From positions 1 through 48,364 of IMG/VR virus record IMGVR_UViG_3300037873_000023: DNA of 48,364 nucleotides; one strand, written 5' to 3'. Below are positions 24,794 to 34,142 of the stretch, in pieces; within the stretch, counting starts at the first letter, position 1, and each line of letters opens with the position of its first letter. The position numbers were made by a program, and so were the translations under genes. This DNA comes from a virus (taxonomy: Duplodnaviria > Caudoviricetes). The notes under the pieces are model-generated. The model saw only the letters and a program-made list of their open reading frames with translations, did not search any database and was not told the DNA's origin.

Positions 24794-25240
24794 TCACCCG
24801 CTTTCGTAGCGGACCAGCAGATACGACGGACGGGTCGACGCGCCCGGCATGCGCACGTTGCCCGTGCCGGTGGCCCGCTCACCGGTGACCACGAACGTCT
24901 TGTTCGCCGTGCTGAGCGCGGTGTAGTCCGACAGCAGGATCAACGCATGCTTGCGGGTGGTGGGGGCGGTGGCGTCGTTCATGTCCTCTATCGTTGAGTC
25001 CAGCATGGTGCCGGTAACGCTGTCCTCACGTAGCGATGCCCTGATCACATCAGCAGCGACGGAAGAGGACAGCCCCGGGTTCGCGAACACGCTGTAGGTG
25101 CGGCCGGAGACCAGCGGCACGGTGATGGTCATGACAACCGTCTCGGCGGTGAACGTGCCCGAGTCGGCTACGACTGTGGAGACCCCGATCCGCTCCCCGG
25201 GGATTCGCTGGGCGACCAGCAACTGCCCCGCGCTTGACAT
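24794..25240 (-). CDS. minor tail protein
   Basis: Beta-rich; follows the tail-tip gene. Confidence 0.65.
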   Translation of the reverse strand: MSSAGQLLVAQRIPGERIGVSTVVADSGTFTAETVVMTITVPLVSGRTYSVFANPGLSSSVAADVIRASLREDSVTGTMLDSTIEDMNDATAPTTRKHALILLSDYTALSTANKTFVVTGERATGTGNVRMPGASTRPSYLLVRYESG

Positions 25241-25249
25241 TGGCTTACC

Positions 25250-27991
25250 TCACAGTCCGATGAAGCTTTTGTGGAAGAACTCGACCCCGGCGCCGGACGC
25301 GTGCGATTTCACGATCCCGTTGACGCTGCGCGTGACGGTCAGGGTGGTGGTCCGGTTCGGGAACGTGCCGGCCATCGCCGCCACGGCGGTCACGGTCATC
25401 CGCTCCCCCCCGATCACAATGTCGAAGTCGGCCTCGTGCACCCAGTCCGGCCCGGCGCCGCAGTCGATGTCCACCCCGGTTTCGGTCTCGTCGAGCGCCT
25501 CAGCGGTCACAGCCGAATCGGACAGCAGCATCCCGTAGTCGGCGTGCTCGACCTCGGCAATGTGGTACGGCGAGCATGGTGCGCCGTTGACGGTGATGGT
25601 CCACCTGTACTGGCTCAGCTCCTCGGCGAACCCGAGCGCGTGCTGCTGCACCAGCTCCGGCGGCAGCCACACCGGCAGGCCGTCGATGGTCAGCCGGTTA
25701 CCAACGTCCAACGCTGCCGCGGCGGCCAACAGCGCCGACTTGCCGGCGTTGCCCATGGCCGCCAGATTGAGGCGGATCTGTGGCCATCGGAACTCGTCAA
25801 CTGTGCCCAAGTGCAACCGCCAACCGGCCTGGTCGGGCAGGTCCGAATCCATCTCCACGTTGACGTCAACCGAGTCTGTGTACCGGCCGATCGCCTCCAC
25901 CGACAGCGGCCCCTCCTCCAGGATCGCCCTGGCCGTGCCACCATCACCGGCGTTCCCGACCCGGTTGACGGTGACATCGTTGCGGGTCAGCTGGTCGTCC
26001 TCGGTCGGCTGCAACGGTGGGGACAGCTCACCGGCCCCGTCGTACGACAGCTCCAGCGACGGGTCCTGGTTGTACAGGGTTGCCCGGGTGCGGTAGGTCA
26101 GCCCGAGCGCATCCCGCGGCTCGTACAGCAGCCCGAGGTCGGCGAACGCGCCGTCGCGGAGCATCTCCAACAGGTTGACCCGCCCCTGCGGGCCGAGTCG
26201 CGCCGAGGTGGCATCGGACGGGACGGTGACCGTAATCCCGTCGATGCTGGCTGATGTTGCGCAGACGATCGTCTGTTGCCCGGTCGCCGCTGGGGAGGTC
26301 AGCTGCTTGGATGCCACGGCGGCCGACGCAATGGTCAGCACCTCGGCCTCGAGGGTGTACCCGGTTGGTGGGGTGAACGACCCGGCCTGCGCGTTGGACG
26401 TGAACACGATCCGCAGGTCCACATCCTGGTGCCCGGCCGGCGCCGATGATGGGGTGATCCCACCTGTGGTCGTGGCGGTGAACATCGGGAACGGCACCAC
26501 CGGTGGTGTCTTCCGCGCGTTCGCCACCGCGACGACCACAACCGACGAGTCTTCAACCGGGTCCTGGGACATGGCGAACGTGGCCGGTTCGGTGGCGCGG
26601 GCATACCTCCACCAGATGTTGAACCGGGCACCGCGCAGCAGCAGTACCCACGCCGCATCAGCGTCGGGCGCCGGCAAGGTGCCCGGCGTGTTCAGTGATC
26701 CTTGGTGGACAACCAGCAGACCATCCCCGGGCTGGTTGGTTGGCACCGGCACGGTGAACGTGGTCGCGGAGCTGGACGTGGCGCTCGCGTCCCGCACCGA
26801 CGCGGCTGTGCTCGGCGTGATCACCTCCGCGGTGATCCCATGCTGTGTGCACAACCGGGCGTGCCGGTCCTCCGCATGCTCCCCCGAATGCCCGGACGTG
26901 GCCGGCACCGGGTTCAACACGTCGCCGATCGCATCCGAGGCGATCACTGCCGCGTGGCCCAGCCCGATCGGCTCCTCCACCCCGGACACGGAGATGTACA
27001 TCGGCCGCGGCCGGACCCGCGACACCGACCCGACTGTGGTGAACCCGAACACGAACCGTTGCGCCAACCCGTTGGCCAGGATCGTCACAGCCTGCGTCGA
27101 GCTGGGCTGCTGTTCCACCACCACAACCGCGGTATGCCACTGGCCGTCGACCACCGACCCGACATCGGTGGCCGTGTGCGTCAACGTCTGCGGGGTCACA
27201 TCGTCGATGGCAACGACCAGCAGCTCGCCCGATGTGTTGAACCGCAACTCCCACGTGTTGAACGTGCCACCGGTCGTGCGCCATTCACACAGATACCCGG
27301 CCTCCGACCCGGCCGGCACCGGTATCCGGAACGTGACATGCACCTGCCACGGCGGGCTGTGCGCGGCCACGCTCGCCCCACCCGACCAGCCGAAGTAGGC
27401 AACCACCGGCCACGTGGGCAGCGGCGCCGAACCGGGGCACGAATCGTCCTGGCCGAACTCGGGCGACAGGGCGCCGTAGTTGATCGCCGACGCGGCCTGC
27501 ACCGCGCTCGACCCGAGCGCCGAATCAGGGCCGTCCTCCAACGGGAGGTAGGCCACGAGTGAGCTGTTGTACGCGTCGTAGAAGTGGAACAGCGGCGAGG
27601 ACAGAGGGTCCTGGCCTTGCCCCAGCCGGCGGGAGATGCCGGCGGCGGCCAGCGGCACCCACACGTCGAACCCGCCAACGTCCCACAGCGGCGGCCACTC
27701 GGACACCTCGCCGACGAACCGGACCGAACCCTCCACGGTCACCCGGATCGGCGTGTTCCGGCCGATCAACCCAAACAACGGCGAGCGTGGGTTACGCGGA
27801 GAGAACCGGCCGTCCCGGTTATTCAGGGTCAGCGACAGCTCCGACGGGTCGGCCTGTGACGCCTCATCGGGTGCACCACGGCTGATCTCCACATCGTCCC
27901 GGGTGTACGCGTAGGCCGTGATGTCCTGCCACGCGCCGGAGTAGAACAGCTCGACCGTGACGTCCAACTGGTCGGCGGGGAACGCCATCAT
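25250..27991 (-). CDS. large minor tail protein (tail tip/hub with lectin-like insertions)
   Basis: Directly after the TMP; LTLNNRDGRFSP motif; LamG-like DGQWHTAVV region. Confidence 0.8.
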   Translation of the reverse strand: MMAFPADQLDVTVELFYSGAWQDITAYAYTRDDVEISRGAPDEASQADPSELSLTLNNRDGRFSPRNPRSPLFGLIGRNTPIRVTVEGSVRFVGEVSEWPPLWDVGGFDVWVPLAAAGISRRLGQGQDPLSSPLFHFYDAYNSSLVAYLPLEDGPDSALGSSAVQAASAINYGALSPEFGQDDSCPGSAPLPTWPVVAYFGWSGGASVAAHSPPWQVHVTFRIPVPAGSEAGYLCEWRTTGGTFNTWELRFNTSGELLVVAIDDVTPQTLTHTATDVGSVVDGQWHTAVVVVEQQPSSTQAVTILANGLAQRFVFGFTTVGSVSRVRPRPMYISVSGVEEPIGLGHAAVIASDAIGDVLNPVPATSGHSGEHAEDRHARLCTQHGITAEVITPSTAASVRDASATSSSATTFTVPVPTNQPGDGLLVVHQGSLNTPGTLPAPDADAAWVLLLRGARFNIWWRYARATEPATFAMSQDPVEDSSVVVVAVANARKTPPVVPFPMFTATTTGGITPSSAPAGHQDVDLRIVFTSNAQAGSFTPPTGYTLEAEVLTIASAAVASKQLTSPAATGQQTIVCATSASIDGITVTVPSDATSARLGPQGRVNLLEMLRDGAFADLGLLYEPRDALGLTYRTRATLYNQDPSLELSYDGAGELSPPLQPTEDDQLTRNDVTVNRVGNAGDGGTARAILEEGPLSVEAIGRYTDSVDVNVEMDSDLPDQAGWRLHLGTVDEFRWPQIRLNLAAMGNAGKSALLAAAAALDVGNRLTIDGLPVWLPPELVQQHALGFAEELSQYRWTITVNGAPCSPYHIAEVEHADYGMLLSDSAVTAEALDETETGVDIDCGAGPDWVHEADFDIVIGGERMTVTAVAAMAGTFPNRTTTLTVTRSVNGIVKSHASGAGVEFFHKSFIGL

Positions 27992-29916
27992 CCACGCCCC
28001 AGCACCACTTGCACGTCACCGCCGCGGTTGCGGATCGCCCGGCGCAGCAACTCCACCAGCGCGTCGTCTAGCCGGGTTCCACCCGAGCGGATCTCGATCA
28101 CCGTACGGCCGGCCATCCCATCGCGGCCGCGGGACAGCGGCACCACGGCCTCCGGCCCACGCTCACCCAGCACCGCCAGGGTCGGCCGGGTCACAATCCC
28201 ACCCGCGGCCAAGTACGGGATGTCGGGTGTGGACAGGGTGATGGACGGGATGTTGATGCCCATCACGCTGCCGCCGCCCAGGGTGAAGCTCAGGTTGTTC
28301 CACTTGGAGATCAGCCAGTTGACAGCCGACCGGAACGCGTTTTTGATCCCGTCGAACAAGCCGCGGGCCGCCGAACTGATCCGCCGGGGCAGGCCCCTCA
28401 CGAACCCGACCACGGCGTTGAACCCGGCCACCACCCGGTTCTTCACGCCGATCGCCCAGCCGGCAACCTTGTCGAACAGCCCCTTCCAAAACCCGAAGTA
28501 CAGCTGGATGCCGCGCCAGACCATCTTCGCGCCGGCCACGATCCCGTTCCACACCGACTGGATGCCCGGCCAAAGCGTCTTCTTGATCCAGTTCCACACG
28601 AACAGCGCCGCCGCCTTGATGCCGCCCCACGCCCAGCCCCACAGCCTCTGGAACCAGTCGGTCTTGGTGGCGATAAGCACGATGATGGCGATCACCGCAG
28701 CGATCGCCACGACTATCAGGAGGATCGGGCCCAGCGACGCCCACACCGACGCCGCCAGCAGCCAGTTGATCGCCGTCCACACGATCGTGGCCGCGCGGAT
28801 CACCATCTGGATGCCGTGGTACACCATCAGCCCGGCGTTGACCGCCAAGATAATGCCAGCAATGGCGGCCAAGGCGATACCCAACACCTTCACGGTGCCC
28901 GTGTTAGCGCTCATCCACTGGCCGACCGACTTGAGGATCGGCACCCCCCGGCCGAGCAGGTCGAACACGGCCGACGCGATCGGCTCGATCGCCACCAGTC
29001 CCTCGTTCTTCAGCTTGGCCAGCTTCTCCTTCCAGTCGTCCGTCTCGTCGGCCAGACCGTTGATCGTGTCCGTGTTACCGCCGAGCGTGGCCATCAGCTC
29101 GTCGATCTCGAACCGGCCCTCCAAGATGGCAGCGGCCATGTCCGGGCCGGCCTTCGCACCGAAGTTCTCCAACGCGATCTGCTGCGCCTCCGCCTCCGAA
29201 CCCGCACCCTTGATCGCCTCGATCGTCTTCTGGAGCGTGTCCGGCAGGTCGAGACCCTCCTTCGCCCACGTGCCGGACGCCTTACGCAGCCCAGCCATCA
29301 CCGTCTCGGTGTTCACGCCTTCCTTCTGCCACTTGCCGAACAGCGCGGTCGACTCCTCCAGGGTGAAGCCCATGTTCCGCAGCGGCGCACCGAACTGGAC
29401 CACCTTCGTCGACAGGTCTCCGATGCCGATCCCGGTGGTCTGGCTGACCCGGAACAGGTCGTCCATCGTCGACGCCTGATCCTTGGTGGCCACACCCCAG
29501 TCGCCGAACAGCCGGGTGACGTTCTCCACGTCAAGGTCCTCGCCGGTGATCTTCTCCAGGTTGAGGAACGTCCTGGTCAGCGACTCAAGGTCTGTCCCGG
29601 TCGCGCCGGCCATGGTGTTGAAGTCGGCGAGCACCGACCCGGTTTCGGTCAGGTCGGCAGAAACGGTGCCTGCCACGTTCTTGAAGCTCTGCTCGAGGCC
29701 GGCCAGTTGTGGGCCGGTGGCACCGGTGCCGATCCGGATGGTATCGAACACCTCATCCATCGTGTCGCCGACGGCGATCAGCCCGGCGCCGGCGGCCACA
29801 CCCATGCCGACGATGGCCATGCCCATCCGGCCGACATTCTTCTCAACCTTGCCGAGCCCACCGGAAGCCTTATCCCTGAGCAATAGGTTGAAAATGAGGC
29901 TCACATCCGACCCCAC
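27988..29916 (-). CDS. tape measure protein
   Basis: Ala/Gly-rich helical protein, hydrophobic stretch, periodic W/F; follows the chaperones. Confidence 0.9.
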   Translation of the reverse strand: MGSDVSLIFNLLLRDKASGGLGKVEKNVGRMGMAIVGMGVAAGAGLIAVGDTMDEVFDTIRIGTGATGPQLAGLEQSFKNVAGTVSADLTETGSVLADFNTMAGATGTDLESLTRTFLNLEKITGEDLDVENVTRLFGDWGVATKDQASTMDDLFRVSQTTGIGIGDLSTKVVQFGAPLRNMGFTLEESTALFGKWQKEGVNTETVMAGLRKASGTWAKEGLDLPDTLQKTIEAIKGAGSEAEAQQIALENFGAKAGPDMAAAILEGRFEIDELMATLGGNTDTINGLADETDDWKEKLAKLKNEGLVAIEPIASAVFDLLGRGVPILKSVGQWMSANTGTVKVLGIALAAIAGIILAVNAGLMVYHGIQMVIRAATIVWTAINWLLAASVWASLGPILLIVVAIAAVIAIIVLIATKTDWFQRLWGWAWGGIKAAALFVWNWIKKTLWPGIQSVWNGIVAGAKMVWRGIQLYFGFWKGLFDKVAGWAIGVKNRVVAGFNAVVGFVRGLPRRISSAARGLFDGIKNAFRSAVNWLISKWNNLSFTLGGGSVMGINIPSITLSTPDIPYLAAGGIVTRPTLAVLGERGPEAVVPLSRGRDGMAGRTVIEIRSGGTRLDDALVELLRRAIRNRGGDVQVVLGRG

Positions 29917-29923
29917 GGGATGC

Positions 29924-30088
29924 TCACCCCACTTTCTTCTTCATCTCAGCCTCATACCGATCGAGCCAGTCGAGCGCCCGGTCGGCCTCCTCCACAGTGA
30001 GTAGCTCCCACTCCCATGGTCGTATCCCGAGCAGGTGAGCAGCGTTGCCAAGCGATCTCATTCGGCGATGGGCAGCTGCGCTTTTCCC
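29924..30088 (-). CDS. tail assembly chaperone, -1 frameshift extension (gpGT)
   Basis: GGGAAAA at 30088-30082; the -1 frame reads SAAAHRRMRSLGNAAHLLGIRPWEWELLT...KKKVG*. Confidence 0.8.
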   Translation of the reverse strand, partial: GKSAAAHRRMRSLGNAAHLLGIRPWEWELLTVEEADRALDWLDRYEAEMKKKVG

Positions 30089-30468
30089 TCCGACTCCGAG
30101 TCGTCGTACGCGGCGATGATCTCGGCATCAACCTGCAACAGCGCCGCCTCCAACTCGCGGCCGGACAGGGTGTCGGCGACCTTCTCCCGCATCTGAGTCA
30201 GCTCCTGTTTGGAGTATTCCAGCCGAAGCTCATCCCAGGCGAAGTCGACATCCTCCCACTTGATTCGCGGATGTTGCCGGCGTAGGAACAGGAACAGCAG
30301 GGCACGCCGGCACAGCGACGAACCCTGCAACACCTTGCCGGTGAACTCACTGAAGTTGAGGTCTGTGCGTCGCTCCAGCATCTCCCGCTCGGTGGCGCGC
30401 AGCTTGCGCGGGTTGTACTCCCACCGTTGCGGCTCCGACTCGCCCTCAGGCTGGTACACCAGGTACAC
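30058..30468 (-). CDS. tail assembly chaperone (gpG)
   Basis: Upstream of the TMP; ends ...EGKAQ over the slippery site. Confidence 0.85.
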   Translation of the reverse strand: MYLVYQPEGESEPQRWEYNPRKLRATEREMLERRTDLNFSEFTGKVLQGSSLCRRALLFLFLRRQHPRIKWEDVDFAWDELRLEYSKQELTQMREKVADTLSGRELEAALLQVDAEIIAAYDDSESEGKAQLPIAE

Positions 30469-30477
30469 GACGACTCC

Positions 30478-30975
30478 CTACTTGGCTCGGTCGGCGATGC
30501 GTTGCGCCATCGACTCGACAGCGGCGTGCACAGCCTGTTTCGCAGGCTGATGCCCGGCGCGGGCGGCCCGGTCGAACCACTCCGAGGGCACGGTCACCTG
30601 CTGCACCCACCGGTCGGAGTCGAACACGGGATGACGCCAACCCTTCGGCGTACTCAGCGCCTTCGGCGCGTTGGTGAACCCACGCGGCATGTTCTTGCGC
30701 CGCACCCGCAACGCCACACCGGTCTGCCGGCCGGAGAACCGGACGGCTGGCTTCATCTGCGATGCAATGGCAGTGCGCAGCGGTGACCCGCCGTGGGCCA
30801 GGCCGGCAGTGCCGATGCTCATCAGGTTCGACCGGGCCTGCTCGGCGACCGGCTCCAGCACCTGTTTGAGGTTGGCCGCCAGCTCCTTTTTGAGCTTCTT
30901 GCCGTCGGCCTCCTGCTTCAGGGCTCGGCCGACGTTGCGTAGCGACTCCTGGTCGGCCGTCAGCTCAATCGGCAT
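30478..30975 (-). CDS. tail completion / HK97 gp10-like protein
   Basis: Basic helical protein with GWRHPVF...WF motif; TGATG overlap. Confidence 0.65.
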   Translation of the reverse strand: MPIELTADQESLRNVGRALKQEADGKKLKKELAANLKQVLEPVAEQARSNLMSIGTAGLAHGGSPLRTAIASQMKPAVRFSGRQTGVALRVRRKNMPRGFTNAPKALSTPKGWRHPVFDSDRWVQQVTVPSEWFDRAARAGHQPAKQAVHAAVESMAQRIADRAK

Positions 30976-31658
30976 CAGGTGCTCAGGTTCTGGTTGGCCA
31001 TGAGCAAGTGCGGCGCGTACAACTGCAGGATGCCCACCGACCACTCCACCTTGTCTTCTACCCGCTGCCCCCGAGGGTGACTCGACGACCACAACTCAAG
31101 GTTGTCTAGCCGGTTGTCGTCGCGGACGCCGTTGATGTGATGGACCGTCTCGTCTGGGTGCAGTTCGCGCCCCAACATCTCCTCCATGATTAATCTGTGC
31201 TCACGCGGGTTGCCCCTGCCGGCTACGTAGCGACGACGGTATCCATACTCGTCCGTAAACCCTTCACCGTTGCCAGGCCCATTACTAAGGCATATCAGCG
31301 GATCACCATGGCGCCTGAAGCGGCTGTAGTGCAAGGTGCACATGTCCTGCGTGCGAGCGATGTTGTCACATCGTTCGATCACGCATGACCTCACTTCTCC
31401 GGCGGGGCGGCCACGCGGTCCCAGCCTGACCGAAGGGTCACCGTGAACCCGCCACCGCTGGTAGTGCTTAGGGCACAACCCACGCGCACGTGCCGGCTGG
31501 CTGCATTCACCAACCAAACAAACTGCTAGACGGTACCGACGGCTGCTGTGCCCCATGTGAACGCTAGGGTCCCCATGCTTCCTCACCCGCTGTAGATGCA
31601 TGCCGCAGTACCCACGGCCCTCAGTGTGCCGAGAACATTCACTAACGGAACAGGTCAT
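30975..31658 (-). CDS. free-standing HNH homing endonuclease
   Basis: Three CxxxxC...CxxH..R..HGDP repeats, then EHR...VHHINGVRDDNRLDNLELW; lower GC. Confidence 0.9.
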   Translation of the reverse strand: MTCSVSECSRHTEGRGYCGMHLQRVRKHGDPSVHMGHSSRRYRLAVCLVGECSQPARARGLCPKHYQRWRVHGDPSVRLGPRGRPAGEVRSCVIERCDNIARTQDMCTLHYSRFRRHGDPLICLSNGPGNGEGFTDEYGYRRRYVAGRGNPREHRLIMEEMLGRELHPDETVHHINGVRDDNRLDNLELWSSSHPRGQRVEDKVEWSVGILQLYAPHLLMANQNLST

Positions 31659-31664
31659 TGGTTA

Positions 31665-31670
31665 AGTATA
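31665..31670 (-). promoter_or_regulatory. -10 element for leaderless HNH expression
   Basis: TATACT-N6-ATG(31658). Confidence 0.55.
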
Positions 31671-31673
31671 AAA

Positions 31674-32087
31674 CTACGTGGACGTAGCTCTAACTAGGAT
31701 GCCCGACAGCGGGTAGGTGACGTCGAACTCGTTGACGTCCCCGACGGCGCCGGCGATCGGCATCCACTTGTTGATGAGGATGCTGCCGGAGTACTGCGGG
31801 TTGGAGCTGCTTACCACAGCCTCGTCGGCGCGGACGGTGAACGGCACCACCTGCCGGCGCAACGCCCACATGATCGCGTCCAACTCGGCGGCGGTGTGGG
31901 AGTTCTTGAAGCTGATGCCGACGTTGCCGGACTCCAGCCCGCCGAGCACCTCCTTGGCGCCGCCGGACGCGAACGTGGTCGCGTCCTTCTCCTCGAAGTC
32001 GTCGACGACTTCGACCTTGGCGCACCACTGCTGCAGGTTGTTGGAGTTGATGCTCAACACGGCGTCGAGCAGCACCTTCTTGGCCAT
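31674..32087 (-). CDS. major tail tube protein (short paralogue)
   Basis: 137 aa, TTF.SGGAKEVLGGL...NPQYSG; start re-picked. Confidence 0.75.
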   Translation of the reverse strand: MAKKVLLDAVLSINSNNLQQWCAKVEVVDDFEEKDATTFASGGAKEVLGGLESGNVGISFKNSHTAAELDAIMWALRRQVVPFTVRADEAVVSSSNPQYSGSILINKWMPIAGAVGDVNEFDVTYPLSGILVRATST

Positions 32088-32100
32088 CTTCCTACTCCCT

Positions 32101-32859
32101 CTACTCGATGCCGATCGCGGCGACGAACAGGAACGACTCGCCGGTGCCGCCGTTGTCGGTGATGTCCCACACCACCCGGTACCAGGTGTCCGCGTGGGCG
32201 GTGCCGTCGGTACGCAGGATCTGCCCACCTGGTGCGGTGGCCGTGGAGAAGGTCAGCCGGGTCTCCGGGGTGACGTTGAACGCTTCCGCCGAGTCCGACT
32301 GGACGATGACGTCGATCTCCGGGACAAGGGTGCCGGCCACGGACAGGACGTGCAGGCTGCCGTACAGCCGCTGCCCGGCCGCCACCGCGCCGAGCTCGAC
32401 CGCGGTGCCGTTGCCGTCGGTGGTGCGGGCCACGCCGGACGGGTGGGCGAACTCGCCGCGGACCAGTGGCCACGTGCCGGTCGCCTTCGCCGACCAGGGT
32501 GCGACATCCCCAACCGCGCCGAACAGCTGGATCGACGAACGTAGCGCCTTGGTGAGGTAGGCGACCGAGCCGACGCCGGTGTCCGATGCCGACTCGGCGC
32601 CCGCGGTCCACGCTTCGAGGACCCGCCGGTCAGCCCACGCCTGGTCGTCGATCTTCCCCGGGTCGCCGGCCTCCCACTGGCCCTCAGCGTTGATGCTGAC
32701 CGTTTCCAGCCCGCCCAGCCACTCCTTCGCACCACCGGAGCGGAAGTTGGTGACCTCTTTGTCCTCGATCGAGTCGTCGATCTCCACCTTGTTGGAGTGG
32801 CCGGACAGGTCCGCCGCGCCGACGAACAGCCGCGTGTCGAGCAGGACGAGGATGCCCAT
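32101..32859 (-). CDS. tail tube-like protein with C-terminal extra domain (long paralogue)
   Basis: N-terminal ~135 aa align by eye with the downstream gene. Confidence 0.7.
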   Translation of the reverse strand: MGILVLLDTRLFVGAADLSGHSNKVEIDDSIEDKEVTNFRSGGAKEWLGGLETVSINAEGQWEAGDPGKIDDQAWADRRVLEAWTAGAESASDTGVGSVAYLTKALRSSIQLFGAVGDVAPWSAKATGTWPLVRGEFAHPSGVARTTDGNGTAVELGAVAAGQRLYGSLHVLSVAGTLVPEIDVIVQSDSAEAFNVTPETRLTFSTATAPGGQILRTDGTAHADTWYRVVWDITDNGGTGESFLFVAAIGIE

Positions 32860-33284
32860 CACTCCACCACCTTGATCTGGATGTCCACGCCGATGTACTG
32901 GGTGCCGGCATGCTCGTACCAGCGGGGCTTTTCCACCCGCCGCACCCACAGGTCGTCTGCGAGCCCACCGAGCGCCGCCTGGCCGGGACCGCCGCGCGCG
33001 GCTTCGATCGCGTCCTTGACCGACTCGTCGTTGCCGGTTGAGCAGTAAGCCCGCAACAGCCGCTGCGACGTCTGGTCATCGGCGCGGCTGACTAGCAGCC
33101 GGCAGGTCAGCTCGATCTCGGCCGTCTTCCCGAACGTCTTGTTGTAGTCGACGGCCGGTTCGGCAACGAAGAAGTGCGGTTCGGTGATCGCATCCGGGAC
33201 GTGCCCGGTTGTGGTCAACGCCGGCGTCGAGTCGGCGTTGCCGGCCGCGGTGGCGATGGCTACGCAGATCCCGTTGAGATCCAT
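32859..33284 (-). CDS. tail terminator-like protein
   Basis: 141 aa, between adaptor and tail tube; TGATG overlaps. Confidence 0.65.
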   Translation of the reverse strand: MDLNGICVAIATAAGNADSTPALTTTGHVPDAITEPHFFVAEPAVDYNKTFGKTAEIELTCRLLVSRADDQTSQRLLRAYCSTGNDESVKDAIEAARGGPGQAALGGLADDLWVRRVEKPRWYEHAGTQYIGVDIQIKVVE

Positions 33285-34138
33285 CAGCCGAACCCAGGCA
33301 GCACAAGCGACTCGACCAACTTGGCCACGTCCGGGTCGAGCCTGGACACGCGCACCGTGCCCCACTCGGCCGACCCCAACACACCCTCGGGGCTGTCCTT
33401 CCGCTTGTACAGCCGGAGTGCCTGGATCAGCGTCGCCTCGCGGATCACCTGCGGGATGGCCGGCCAGCCCCACCGGGCGGTGACCCGCACCCGCGGCCCG
33501 GACAGGAACGACCCGGACAGGTGCAGCAGCGATGTGACCGGCTCGAGCTTCACTAACGCGTCGGTGGGTTCGGCCTCGACCGAGGTGGTGACCGCGGTCC
33601 AACCGTTGGCGGTCGACCCGACCTCGACGATCAGCCCGACGGTGGTGCCTATGTCATCGACGAGCAGCCTTTGGCCTTCCCGGTCGGCGACGACCCGGCG
33701 CCGCGGGTTGAGGGTCCGCGCGCTGATCGTGGCGTCCAGGTAGAACCGGCGGCCGGTGTGGACGTCGATCGAGCGGGACGCGGACACGATCTTCTCCTGG
33801 AGCAGCGCATCCCGGCCGGTCGGCTCGTTCAGCGACTCTTTGACCAACTCCAGGGTGGTGTACACCGGCAGGTACGGGGGTGTGCCCGGGGTGGCGGTGA
33901 CCAGGACCTTCTGGTGTTCGACGCCGGCGCCGGTGCCGGTGACTGTCCAGGTGAGTAGCCACCACCCGGCCTGGTCGTAGGTGACCGCAGCCGTCCACGT
34001 GGCGCCGCTGTCGGCGGTGGCCGGGGTGGGGTCGTCGAAGGTGGCATCGGGGGCGACGACGTGCAGTGCAGCGTCGGTGGTCTCGTCGAACGGGGTGACG
34101 GTCAGGGTGGCGGTTGCGGTGTCGCCGACGTCCGGCAT
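33284..34138 (-). CDS. head-tail adaptor (gp6/gp15-like) with N-terminal Ig-like domain
   Basis: YTTLELVK...ASRSIDVHTGRRF...WGWPAIP..IREATL; extra ~90-aa beta-rich N-terminus. Confidence 0.75.
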   Translation of the reverse strand: MPDVGDTATATLTVTPFDETTDAALHVVAPDATFDDPTPATADSGATWTAAVTYDQAGWWLLTWTVTGTGAGVEHQKVLVTATPGTPPYLPVYTTLELVKESLNEPTGRDALLQEKIVSASRSIDVHTGRRFYLDATISARTLNPRRRVVADREGQRLLVDDIGTTVGLIVEVGSTANGWTAVTTSVEAEPTDALVKLEPVTSLLHLSGSFLSGPRVRVTARWGWPAIPQVIREATLIQALRLYKRKDSPEGVLGSAEWGTVRVSRLDPDVAKLVESLVLPGFG

Positions 34139-34142
34139 CGGG

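Noticed and set aside
29850-30400. Rare-codon stretch at the chaperone/TMP junction as another homing-target patch
   Set aside because: Broad rather than focal, and not adjacent to a nuclease gene; more likely module mosaicism, which also tempers the other codon-patch inferences
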